Of a DNA stretch of 64,000 bases, positions 10,750 to 19,149 are shown piece by piece. Both the position numbers and the translations under genes were made by a program. How positions within the stretch are numbered: the stretch's first letter is position 1; every line of letters starts with the position of its first letter. Source of the stretch: an uncultured beta proteobacterium (GTDB taxonomy: Bacteria > Pseudomonadota > Gammaproteobacteria > Burkholderiales > SG8-39); contig CAVUSZ010000019.1 of NCBI GenBank assembly GCA_963744255.1, positions 11,096 through 75,095 of the forward strand, in the 5' to 3' direction. A model generated the notes under the pieces. It was not told the DNA's origin and did no database searches. It saw nothing but the letters and a program-made list of their open reading frames with translations.

Positions 10750-11475
10750 GTGGCGCTGCTCGAGGTTCGCGAGGTCTCGAAATCCTTCCGCGGGCTGCGT
10801 GCGGTCTCCCGCGTGTCGTTCGACGTGGGCGAGGGGGCCATCGTCGGGCTGATCGGACCGAACGGAGCGGGCAAGACGACGACGTTCAACATGGTGGCCG
10901 GCGTGTTCGGGCCGGACGGCGGCGAGATCCGCTTCGTCGGCCGCCGCATCGACGGCCTGCGCGCGGACCAAGTGTGCGCGGTCGGGGTCGGCCGGACATT
11001 CCAGATCGTGCGGCCGTTCGCGGGTTTGAGCGTGCTCGACAACGTCATCGTCGGTGCACTCAAGCGGACGTCCGGCGTGGCCGCGGCACGGCAGTCGGCG
11101 GCGCAGATCCTGGACCAGCTCGGGCTCGGAGCGAAGCGCGATCTGCCTGCGTCCGCGCTGACGCTTCCGGACCGCAAGCGGCTCGAGGTCGCCCGTGCGC
11201 TCGCGACGCGGCCGCGGCTGTTGCTGCTGGATGAGGTGATGGCGGGGCTCCGGCCGACCGAGTGCGACCAGATGGTTGCGGTGTTCCGGGATATCAATCG
11301 CAGCGACGGGCTGACGGTGCTGCTGATCGAGCACGTCATGCGCGCGGTCATGGCGCTCGCCCGGGAGCTCGTGGTGCTGCATCACGGCGAGGTCCTCGCG
11401 CGCGGCGCGCCGGAGGAGGTCGTGCGGAACGCGGCGGTGCTCCAATGCTATCTCGGCGAGGAGACCGTGATATGA
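10750..11475 (+). CDS. livG: ABC transporter ATP-binding protein (LivG-like)
   Basis: GTG start lies 3 nt after the livM stop. Walker A GPNGAGKTT and Walker B LLLLDEVMAG are present. Confidence 0.85.
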   Translation: MALLEVREVSKSFRGLRAVSRVSFDVGEGAIVGLIGPNGAGKTTTFNMVAGVFGPDGGEIRFVGRRIDGLRADQVCAVGVGRTFQIVRPFAGLSVLDNVIVGALKRTSGVAAARQSAAQILDQLGLGAKRDLPASALTLPDRKRLEVARALATRPRLLLLDEVMAGLRPTECDQMVAVFRDINRSDGLTVLLIEHVMRAVMALARELVVLHHGEVLARGAPEEVVRNAAVLQCYLGEETVI

Positions 11476-12194
11476 GCGCGCCAGCGCCGCTGCTCGCCGT
11501 CGACGGCCTGGATCTCTACTACGGCGATGCGCAGGCGCTCGCCGGCGTCGCGCTCGAGGTGCCCGCGGGCGAGATCGTGGCGATCGTCGGGGCGAACGGT
11601 GCGGGGAAAACGTCTCTCATCCGGGCGATCGCCGGTATCGAGACGCCGCGGGCCGGCCGCATCCGGTTTCGGGGCCGCGACGTGACCGGGCTCGGCTCGC
11701 ATGCGACCTGCGAGCTCGGCATCGGGCAGGTTGCCGAGGGACGCCAGGTGTTTCCTTCGCTCACGGTGCTCGAGAACCTGGCGATGGGCGCGATGCTGCC
11801 GCGGGCGCGGGGACGAACGAATCAGACGCTGGGCGAGGTGTACGCTCTCTTTCCGCGGCTGGCCGAGCGCAGGCAGCAGGTCGCGGGGACGCTTTCAGGC
11901 GGCGAGCAGCAGATGCTTGCGATCGGGCGGTGCCTGATGGGACGGCCGGAACTGGTCATGTTCGATGAGCCCTCGCTCGGACTCGCGCCGACCATCGTGC
12001 AGGAGGTGTTTCACGCCGTTCGCATGCTGCACGAGCGGGGCCTGACGATCGTCCTCGTCGAGCAGAACGTCGCAGTCTCGCTCAAGCTCGCGCAGCGTGC
12101 ATACGTGCTCGAGAACGGGCACGTTGTGATGCAGGGGACCGGCGCCGAGCTGCTCGCCGATGACCGGGTGCGGCAGGCTTATCTCGGGCTTTGA
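11472..12194 (+). CDS. livF: ABC transporter ATP-binding protein (LivF-like)
   Basis: ATGA overlap with livG. Walker A GANGAGKTS, signature LSGGEQQM and Walker B MFDEPSLGL are present. Confidence 0.9.
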   Translation: MSAPAPLLAVDGLDLYYGDAQALAGVALEVPAGEIVAIVGANGAGKTSLIRAIAGIETPRAGRIRFRGRDVTGLGSHATCELGIGQVAEGRQVFPSLTVLENLAMGAMLPRARGRTNQTLGEVYALFPRLAERRQQVAGTLSGGEQQMLAIGRCLMGRPELVMFDEPSLGLAPTIVQEVFHAVRMLHERGLTIVLVEQNVAVSLKLAQRAYVLENGHVVMQGTGAELLADDRVRQAYLGL

Positions 12195-12338
12195 GCCGTG
12201 GCATGACGGAGTGCGCGTCTGGGTCGCGTGCATGCAAGGCTGGCACGGCTCCTGCTCTGAGTAGGATAACTTTCGCCTTTTTCCTCCTCCTTTGGGGTGA
12301 AAGTCGTTTACCTAGGGGACTTCGGTCCCCTTTTTTTT
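12193..12338 (+). ncRNA. Candidate 3'UTR-derived structured RNA ending in the liv terminator
   Basis: A long imperfect hairpin (GAGCCGTG..CACGGCTC, 12193-12251) is followed by a single-stranded CU-rich tract TTCCTCCTCC, the GGGGTGAAAGTC core and the terminator. The tail is about 70 percent identical over about 45 nt to 26440-26504. Confidence 0.3.
12315..12338 (+). terminator. Rho-independent terminator of the liv operon
   Basis: GGGGAC-TTCG-GTCCCC hairpin followed directly by T8. Confidence 0.8.
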
Positions 12339-12545
12339 GCTATACCGAAAGCTATACCGCGGGCTGGCTCAGCCGGTGAACAATTTCACGGCGACCAGGG
12401 CGGCGCGGTGGTCGGGCGTCCAGCATACGTGCGGAGCCTATGCCAGATTGCCGACAGCGGGGCAAACATTGACGCTGGACGGCGTCGGTTCACCCAGCGG
12501 GCTCCTCGCGCCGCCGTACTTCGATCACGCTTCAATGGTCCGCCG

Positions 12546-12717
12546 GGAACCTACAGCGCGCTTGGCGCGAGCAGCACGCTGATATCCGTTGATCCCTCGC
12601 GCCAGGGCGTCGCGGTCTTCCTGACCCAGTTCATGCCCGGGGCAGGCCCGAGCGGTCGACGCGATCGCCTATCGCAACGAGTTCAACGCGGCGGTCGATA
12701 CCGACCTCACACGCTAG
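12546..12717 (+). pseudogene. C-terminal remnant of a beta-lactamase-related serine hydrolase
   Basis: GTYSALGASSTLISVDPSRQGVAVFLTQFMPG resembles the family's conserved C-terminal block. The tail continues in another frame (AVDAIAYRNEFNAAVDTDLTR-stop). No catalytic N-terminal part is present. Confidence 0.4.
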
Positions 12718-12723
12718 TGATCC

Positions 12724-12924
12724 TCACGCGCCGCAGTGCGCGGCTTCGGCGCGCTTTCCTTCATCCAGCGCTGCGAAAAGCCGATCGCGGCGGATCAATC
12801 CGGCGCCCGAGGGACGCGTGAGCTTCGCGGGAAGAGGTGCCTTCGTCGTCTTTACGATACGAAGAGCGCGAGTCCCGCGCTCCACGGGATCGGAGAATGT
12901 CTGTGCGCTCCTTTCTCTGGACAT
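12724..12924 (-). pseudogene. N-terminal 66-aa stub of a MalT/LuxR-type large ATP-dependent regulator
   Basis: APLPAKLTRPSGAGLIRRDRLFAALDEG matches the usual N-terminal signature (TKL.RP....LV.R.RL...L) of this family. The ORF stops after 66 aa, whereas relatives are about 900 aa. Confidence 0.4.
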
Positions 12925-13294
12925 TTCGCGAGCGAAGGCGGGTCGGCGCCAAGCGCGATGCTATACCGATCAGCGCCGAGCTCCAGCTTGCGGCGTGAGC
13001 GGCGAGATTTCGATACCGCAATGATGCAGGCCTAGTTCAAACAGCGCTCGTCCGTACGGCATAGGTGCGCACTTCGGAGGCTTAGCGCGCATTTGGCATA
13101 CCTAGGGCATGACCGCTCGCTGCGGGGGAAACGCGTGGCGAGCGGCCGACCCTGCTCTTCGGCTTAGAACCTCCGGTCGATTGTCCGCACTCGCGCCCGT
13201 CGCCACACTTTGCTTCGTCACGTGTCAAGCGATACCCATACGTGGCGATACACGACTCAAGCAGTCTCTTTCAACTTTTCTAGGAGAACGCATC

Positions 13295-13540
13295 ATGAAA
13301 GACCTGGACGAAGCGAAGCGCATCAAGTCTTGCGAGGTCGCCGATCTCGCGAGCGAAGGTGTGCAACGCGCCTTGGCGGCGCGCAAGGCCGCGCTCGAGC
13401 TGACACCGGCGCAAACCGAAGAAGTGAGCGGCGGCATCGGGTTTGTAAACCCGATCATTTACGGCGGACCCTTCTTCACCAGTGCCGTCAATCCGGCCAG
13501 TATGCCGGGTCTCGGGGCCGGCAAGACCGTCGGTTTCTAA
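13295..13540 (+). CDS. Double-glycine-leader precursor peptide (microcin/bacteriocin-like): 47-aa leader plus 34-aa core
   Basis: AGGAGA lies 8 nt upstream of ATG 13295. The leader ends LELTPAQTEEVSGG (GG codons 13430-13435). The core is IGFVNPIIYGGPFFTSAVNPASMPGLGAGKTVGF. A C39-peptidase ABC exporter and a CvaA-like adaptor are co-oriented downstream. Confidence 0.7.
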   Translation: MKDLDEAKRIKSCEVADLASEGVQRALAARKAALELTPAQTEEVSGGIGFVNPIIYGGPFFTSAVNPASMPGLGAGKTVGF

Positions 13541-13551
13541 GGACGACACCA

Positions 13552-13986
13552 ATGCCCGCCAAAACCGAGACGCTTTGCCCCAGTGCCCAGCCTGATTGGG
13601 AAGGGGCGCGGCTGTTCGCGGTGGTGGGCGGCACGCCGGAAAAGCCGGAAACGGCCTATCTCGATCGGACTCAGCCGGTGACGCAGGAAGTGCTCGAGCT
13701 GGCTGGGCCGGTCGCGCCGGCGGAAGTTTTCCGCTTCGCAGCTCCGTGCGTGCAGCGCGGTTGCGGTCATTACGACGGCACCGAACACAAGTGCCGTCTA
13801 GCCGAAAAGACCGTGCGATGGATGCCGGTCGCGGTCGAGAAGCTTCCGCCGTGCGCAATTCGGCCCTCATGCCGCTGGTGGCAGCAAGAAGGTCGCGCGG
13901 CATGCCGGCGTTGCCCACTCGTCGTGACCAATAACTACGCACCGACCGACGCGATGCGCGATGCAGCCGATTTCAATCTGAAGTAA
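13552..13986 (+). CDS. Cysteine-rich 144-aa protein of unknown function
   Basis: It starts 11 nt after the precursor stop. There are eight Cys, in CVQRGCGHYDGTEHKC and PPCAIRPSCRWWQQEGRAACRRCP blocks. It has no TM segment or signal peptide. No family recognised. Confidence 0.65.
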   Translation: MPAKTETLCPSAQPDWEGARLFAVVGGTPEKPETAYLDRTQPVTQEVLELAGPVAPAEVFRFAAPCVQRGCGHYDGTEHKCRLAEKTVRWMPVAVEKLPPCAIRPSCRWWQQEGRAACRRCPLVVTNNYAPTDAMRDAADFNLK

Positions 13987-14050
13987 CGCGAGGCTTGTCA
14001 GGGCGTTCGGACAGTTCGCAGCCGCTCGACAAGCGTCTCGCTCGATTCAG

Positions 14051-15298
14051 ATGACTACCCAACTCTTCAGACAGGAAGCTTTAACCGCCAGGGCAGACTG
14101 CCTTCACGGCAGCACGCTCGCGACCTATTCGCCATCGCTTGCCTTGCTGACGATCGCAGCGGCCCTGATAGCCGTGGCAATCGTCAGCTTTGCCGTTTGG
14201 GGTGAGTACACCCGCAAAGAACATGTCACCGGATATCTCGCGCCAACAAAGGGTTTGATCAAGATTGTTACGCCGCAGGCGGGGACCGTGATCGAGAAGC
14301 ACGTTGCCGAAGGGCAAGCAGTTGTGCAAGGCGACACCTTGCTGGTTATCACCAGCGAACGCGCGACTTCGACCACACATGAGGCGCAAGCAGCAGTGCT
14401 GCTCGAGCTTCGCCGCAGGCGCGACAGCTTGCGCAGCGAAGAGGCTAACCAGGCCGAGATCGACGCTCTAGCCGCGCAGGGGCTCGCCGAGCGCAGACGC
14501 CATCTCGAGATGGAGCTCGCGCAGGCGCGAGAGCAAATGGAACTGCAGCGCCAGCGCGTTGCGAGCGCCGAGCGCACAGTCAAACGATACGAAGAGTTGA
14601 TCGCGGCCCGTTTCGTCGCCCCGGCGACACTTCAGCAGAAACAAGAGGAGTTGCTGGAAGCGCGCGGCCAGCTCTCGAGTCTGCAACGCGGCATCACCAC
14701 CCTCGCTCGCGATATCAACGCCGCGCGCATGGAGATCGCATCGAGCGGCCTCAAGCGCGCCAACAATTCGGCTGCGTTGCAGCGGCAGATTTCGGAGCTC
14801 GAGCAGAATCTCACGGAGGCCGATACGCGCAGGCACGTGGTGCTCACCGCGCCGGCGAACGGCACGGTGACGACAATCCTCGCCGAGATCGGGCAAGCTG
14901 CGAGCCCCGGCACGCCGCTTCTTTCCATCCTGCCCGACGGTGCGGAACTGGAGGCGCACTTGCTTGTGCCGACCCGCGCCGCGGGCTTCATCAAATCGGC
15001 GCAGCCGGTTGCGCTGCGCTATCAGGCATTTCCCTACCAGCGGTTCGGCCATTACTTGGGCGAGGTGAGCGAAGTCGGCCGCACCGTGATCCAGCCGAAC
15101 GAATCGAACCTTCCTCTGCCGGTGCAGGAACCCGTGTATCGCGTCACCGTGCGTTTGCCCGCGCAGCTTGTTCTCGCATATGGACAAAGCATTCCGCTGC
15201 AGGCAGGTATGGCGCTCGACGCCGACGTGTGGGTCGACCGGCGACGCGTGATCCAGTGGGTGTTGGATCCTATCCTTTCAGTCACGGGGCGCGTCTAA
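14051..15298 (+). CDS. HlyD/CvaA-family periplasmic adaptor (bacteriocin secretion)
   Basis: It has the N-terminal LFRQEAL motif typical of colicin V secretion protein CvaA, a single N-terminal TM segment, a long coiled-coil and a C-terminal beta-barrel region. Confidence 0.9.
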   Translation: MTTQLFRQEALTARADCLHGSTLATYSPSLALLTIAAALIAVAIVSFAVWGEYTRKEHVTGYLAPTKGLIKIVTPQAGTVIEKHVAEGQAVVQGDTLLVITSERATSTTHEAQAAVLLELRRRRDSLRSEEANQAEIDALAAQGLAERRRHLEMELAQAREQMELQRQRVASAERTVKRYEELIAARFVAPATLQQKQEELLEARGQLSSLQRGITTLARDINAARMEIASSGLKRANNSAALQRQISELEQNLTEADTRRHVVLTAPANGTVTTILAEIGQAASPGTPLLSILPDGAELEAHLLVPTRAAGFIKSAQPVALRYQAFPYQRFGHYLGEVSEVGRTVIQPNESNLPLPVQEPVYRVTVRLPAQLVLAYGQSIPLQAGMALDADVWVDRRRVIQWVLDPILSVTGRV

Positions 15299-15307
15299 GG
15301 GACAGCG

Positions 15308-17450
15308 ATGCTCGATCTCTCGATCGCGCGACGCACGCCCATAGTTCTACAAACCGAGGCCGCCGAATGCGGCCTCGCCTGTCTCGCGATGATCGCGAGC
15401 CACCATGGGCACCGCATCGATGTCGCCAGCTTGCGCGCCCGCCACGCGATCTCGCTCAAGGGTGTCAGCCTGGCGGACCTCATGCGAGTCGCGGCAAGTC
15501 TGCAACTTGCGCCGCGTGCGCTGCGGCTCGAGCTGGAACACTTGCGCGAGCTCAGGCTGCCCTGCCTCGCGCACTGGGACTTCAACCACTTCGTCGTGCT
15601 TACCCGGGTACGCGGTGACCGAGTGACTTTGCACGATCCGGCGATCGGCCGGCGCGACATGGGCATCGCGGAGTTTTCCAAGCATTTCACCGGCGTCGCG
15701 TTGGAGCTTTCGCCGACGCACGAGTTCGCGCGGCGGCCGCAAGCGCCGCGTGTGCGCCTCGCCTCGCTCATCGGCCGCTTACCGGGACTGCCTGGGACTG
15801 TCACTCAGGTGATCGTCCTCGCGCTCGTGCTGCAACTCGTCGCGATCCTTGGTCCGTTCTACATGCAATGGGTGCTCGACCATGCGATCGTCGCCCAGGA
15901 CCGCGATCTCCTCGTTGTGCTCGCCGTCGGATTTCTCGCGCTCGCGCTGATCCAGACTGGCGTCAATGCGCTGCGCGCCTGGGTGCTGATGGTTCTCGGC
16001 ACTACGCTCAACCTGCAGCTCGCGTCGAATCTATTCCGCCATCTGATTCGATTGCCGATGGCGTGGTTCGATCGCCGCCATATGGGCGACGTCGTGTCGC
16101 GCTTCGAATCGCTCAACACCATTCAACGCACGCTGACCGTGGATTTACTCGAGGCAATGATCGACGGTGTGATGGCACTCGTCACGCTGGCGATGATGCT
16201 GCTCTATAGCGTCAAGCTGGCGTTGGTTGCCATCGTCGCCGCGACGTTGTACGCGGCACTGCGGTTGGCACTCTACCGGCCGCTGCGGCTCGCGACCGAG
16301 GAGCGAATCGTGCGTGGGGCGAAGCAGCAAAGCCACTTTCTCGAGACGGTACGCGGCATGCAGAGCATCAAGCTTGCCGTGCACGAGAACCAGCGCACCA
16401 GTGGCTGGCAGAACCTGATCGTGGATCAATTCAATGCCGGCATCCGGACGCAACGGCTGGGAATCCTCTATCAATCGCTCAACGGGCTGCTGTTCGGAAT
16501 CGAGAATGTCGTCACGATTTCCCTCGGCGCAGCGCTGGTCCTCGATGCACCGAAGGGTGCCGGCTTCTCGGTGGGGATGCTGTTGGCTTTCGTGGCCTAC
16601 AAGACCCAGTTCGTCCAACGCGTGGCGGGTCTCATCGAAAAGGGGTTGGAGCTCCGTATGCTGACCCTGCATTCCGATCGCGTAGCGGACATCGCGCTCG
16701 AACCGGCCGAACCCCATGCTGACCTCGCGCCCGTCGGTGCCGTCCCCGTAGCCGGATCGATCGAATTGCGAGGTGTGTCGTTCCGCTACGCCGATTCGGA
16801 CCCGTTCGTGCTCGAGAAACTCGACCTACACATCGAGGTGGGCGAATCGGTAGCGATCGTCGGGCCCTCCGGGTGTGGGAAGACGACGCTGGTGAAGCTC
16901 ATACTTGGCCTGCTGCAGCCGCTCGAGGGAACGATCGCTGTTGGCGGCGTCCCCCTTGCGCGTCTTGGCCTTGCGCGCTATCGCGGCGATGATCGCGAGC
17001 GTGATGCAGGACGACCAGCTCTTTGCCGGCTCGATCGGTGAAAACATCTCGTTCTTCGACCCGCAACCGGATCATGCGCGCATCGAAGCTTGTGCGCGGC
17101 GTGCCGCCGTGCACGAAGACATCGCCACGATGCCGATGCAATACAACACGCTGGTCGGAGACATGGGAACGGTCCTCTCGGGTGGACAAAAGCAGCGGGT
17201 CTTGCTTGCGCGGGCGCTGTACCGCGAGCCGCGGATTCTCGTTCTCGACGAAGCGACGAGCCATCTGGACGTCGCGCGCGAGCGCAGCGTCAATGAAGCG
17301 GTGCGCGCTCTCAAGCTCACCCGCATCATCGTCGCTCATCGACCAGAAACCATCGCTACCGCCGACCGCGTCGTGGCACTCGGAGGTGGACGCATCGTCC
17401 ACGACATGGAAGTGGTGGAAGGAAAGGCCGCTCGCGCGGAAGCGGCCTGA
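15308..17450 (+). pseudogene. Peptidase-C39 ABC transporter (PCAT, CvaB-like); one +1 frame break near 16978-16990 as assembled
   Basis: C39 motifs QTEAAEC21GLACLAMI and NH94FVVL are present, followed by a six-TM region and Walker A GPSGCGKTT in ORF 15308..17041. Q-loop VMQDDQLF, signature LSGGQKQR and Walker B ILVLDEATSHLD are in ORF 16905..17450, in the +1 frame. Confidence 0.85.
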
Positions 17451-18061
17451 ACGAGAACACTGCTGCTGATTCACGCCGTGCGCGGTGCGCAGGACGCGCT
17501 ACTCGACTCGGAGGAGCTCGACGACGAGGCGCTCGACCGGATGCGCGCGCGGTACGCCGCCCTCGCCGAGCGCGCATGCGCTGCAGGCGGCGAGGTGCCG
17601 GCGCCGGTACCATCGACTGCAGGGCAATCGCGTCGCCAGCGACGCAGCCCGCGCGAGCGACGGCGGGGCTAGGCAGTTTTAACGAAGCGAGGGGCCACAT
17701 TCCCTCGCGCTTCCCAAAGCCCAGGAACGACGCGTTCGCCGGCGGTTTCTTCCAAGCCTCAGGGCCAGCACGGCGCCGTCCCGGGTCATCGCCGGAGCGG
17801 CCGCATCCGGCGCGCCCGGATCTCCAGCTTTCATCGTGGCTTTTTTGCGTCGTCGCCACGGACAACGGTAACTCTTACTGCAGGCCTCCAGCGACGACTT
17901 TCCCTCAAGGTATTGATTCCACACGCAGCCTCGCCCGGGTACGGCTGTTGCAGTGAGGGCGACAGCAGGACCTTAGCTTAGCAGCACCGTAGCAACTAGC
18001 GCTCGCAGCCGGGAATACCCCGACGGCGAGCCCGAGCGAAGTGTTTAGCTAGGAGTCGATC

Positions 18062-18229
18062 ATGTTTTCATGGGCAGTGACGTTTCTGGTGATTGCGCTG
18101 ATCGCGGCGGTATTCGGGTTCACCGGGATCGCGGGTACGGCGGTCAACATCGCCTGGATCCTGTTCGTCGTCGGACTGATCCTCGCGGTCGTGTTCTTCG
18201 TCTTCGGGCGGCGTAGCCCGCCCCTGTAG
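18062..18229 (+). CDS. DUF1328 (UPF0391) small membrane protein, 55 aa
   Basis: It is not in the ORF track because it is under 60 aa. Sequence [55 protein letters not shown], with AGGAG 6 nt upstream. Confidence 0.75.
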   Translation: MFSWAVTFLVIALIAAVFGFTGIAGTAVNIAWILFVVGLILAVVFFVFGRRSPPL

Positions 18230-18231
18230 CC

Positions 18232-18510
18232 ATGAACCTCATCGATACGGCGGAGCTCGAGCGCCTCGTGCGGGAAACTTTTCCGCAGAGGAACCAGTTC
18301 TCCACCGAGGCGGATCTCGGCCTCGCACCGGGCTCGCGGCCCCCGGTCGCTTTCGTGCACGGCGGTTGCGACCCGTTCCTCGACCGCCACTTCGAGGCTT
18401 GGCTCTGCGGTTCGACGGGGTTCGTCGCCGTGCACCAAGTACTCAACCGACTCTGCCGCGCCGGCGTGCTCGCGCCCGGCGACTACGCGGTCATGCGCCG
18501 GCCGTCATGA
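18232..18510 (+). CDS. Hypothetical protein (92 aa)
   Basis: It starts 3 nt after the DUF1328 stop and has an ATGA overlap with the next gene. No family recognised. Confidence 0.5.
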   Translation: MNLIDTAELERLVRETFPQRNQFSTEADLGLAPGSRPPVAFVHGGCDPFLDRHFEAWLCGSTGFVAVHQVLNRLCRAGVLAPGDYAVMRRPS

Positions 18511-19109
18511 AACGGTTGGACAGAACGGTCACGGCCTGCGTCGTCGCAGCAGTTGCGATGTGCGGCCTCGGGACGGCGCGAACGCTGACCGCAGCGGGAC
18601 CAGCGGTCGCTCCGGTCGAAATGGCGACCGCACCCGACCCGGCGCGCGCTGCTGTCGCGGCCTACCTCGCCGAGCGCTACGGCCGGGATGCCGGCGCGAC
18701 TCGCGTGTACGTGGAGGAGGCGCACGCGGCCGCCGAGGCGTTTGACGTCGATCCACTGCTCGTGCTCGCGGTGATGGCGGTCGAGTCGCGGTTCGATCCG
18801 CGTGCGCGGAGCGGCTATGGCGCTCGCGGACTCATGCAGGTCGTGCCCCGCTTCCACCGCGAGAAACTCGCCGACCACGGCGGGGAGGCGGCGCTCGCCG
18901 ACCCCAGGGTCAATGCGCTGGTCGGCACGCAGATCCTGAAGGAGTACCTCGGGCGGGCAGGCGGCGTGCGCGGCGGTCTCCAGCGCTATGCTGGGTCGAA
19001 CGACCACGAACAGCGCTATTCGCGCAAGGTGCTCGCCGAGAAGGAGCGACTCCGCCGCGTGGCCGTGCTCGCCGAGCGCGATGGCCGGCTGGAAGGAAAG
19101 TCCTCGTGA
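18507..19109 (+). CDS. Lytic transglycosylase (SLT domain) with signal peptide
   Basis: Start at MKRLDRTVTACVVAAVAMCG. The SLT catalytic block LVLAVMAVESRFDPRARSGYGARGLMQV is present. Confidence 0.8.
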   Translation: MKRLDRTVTACVVAAVAMCGLGTARTLTAAGPAVAPVEMATAPDPARAAVAAYLAERYGRDAGATRVYVEEAHAAAEAFDVDPLLVLAVMAVESRFDPRARSGYGARGLMQVVPRFHREKLADHGGEAALADPRVNALVGTQILKEYLGRAGGVRGGLQRYAGSNDHEQRYSRKVLAEKERLRRVAVLAERDGRLEGKSS

Positions 19110-19149
19110 TCCGCTTCGGATCGGCGGTTGAGAACCGCCCGAGGGTCAG

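Noticed and set aside
12339-12968. GCTATACCG occurring at 12339, 12351 and 12960, as a possible operator repeat.
   Set aside because: Repeats of 9-11 nt are expected many times by chance in a 64-kb window. There is no palindromic structure or consistent position relative to a start site.
13094-13110. Sigma54-like promoter TGGCAT-N5-GGGCAT (GG-N10-GC spacing) about 185 nt upstream of the precursor peptide gene.
   Set aside because: Only the -24 half is good, and the -12 element (GGGCAT instead of TTGCA/T) is poor. No enhancer-binding protein gene is nearby. A single spacing match is expected by chance in GC-rich DNA.
13229-13251. GCGATAC direct repeat (16-nt period) upstream of the precursor gene, as a regulator binding site.
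   Set aside because: A 7-mer repeated within a 60-nt window has roughly a 10 percent chance expectation, and there is no supporting promoter elements.
13109-13294. Upstream in-frame Met at 13109, which would make the precursor a 143-aa protein.
   Set aside because: The extension has no RBS, is Arg/Cys/Leu-rich and has lower GC3. The internal ATG at 13295 has an AGGAGA at ideal spacing and gives a peptide of typical precursor size.
17478-17682. ORFs 17478..17672 and 17485..17682 downstream of the exporter, as a possible immunity gene or second GG peptide (contains ..CAAGG|EVP..).
   Set aside because: The products are highly charged and Arg-rich and lack hydrophobic segments. There is no RBS and no leader-like hydrophobic spacing. 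The region more likely holds a fragment of an unrelated decayed gene.
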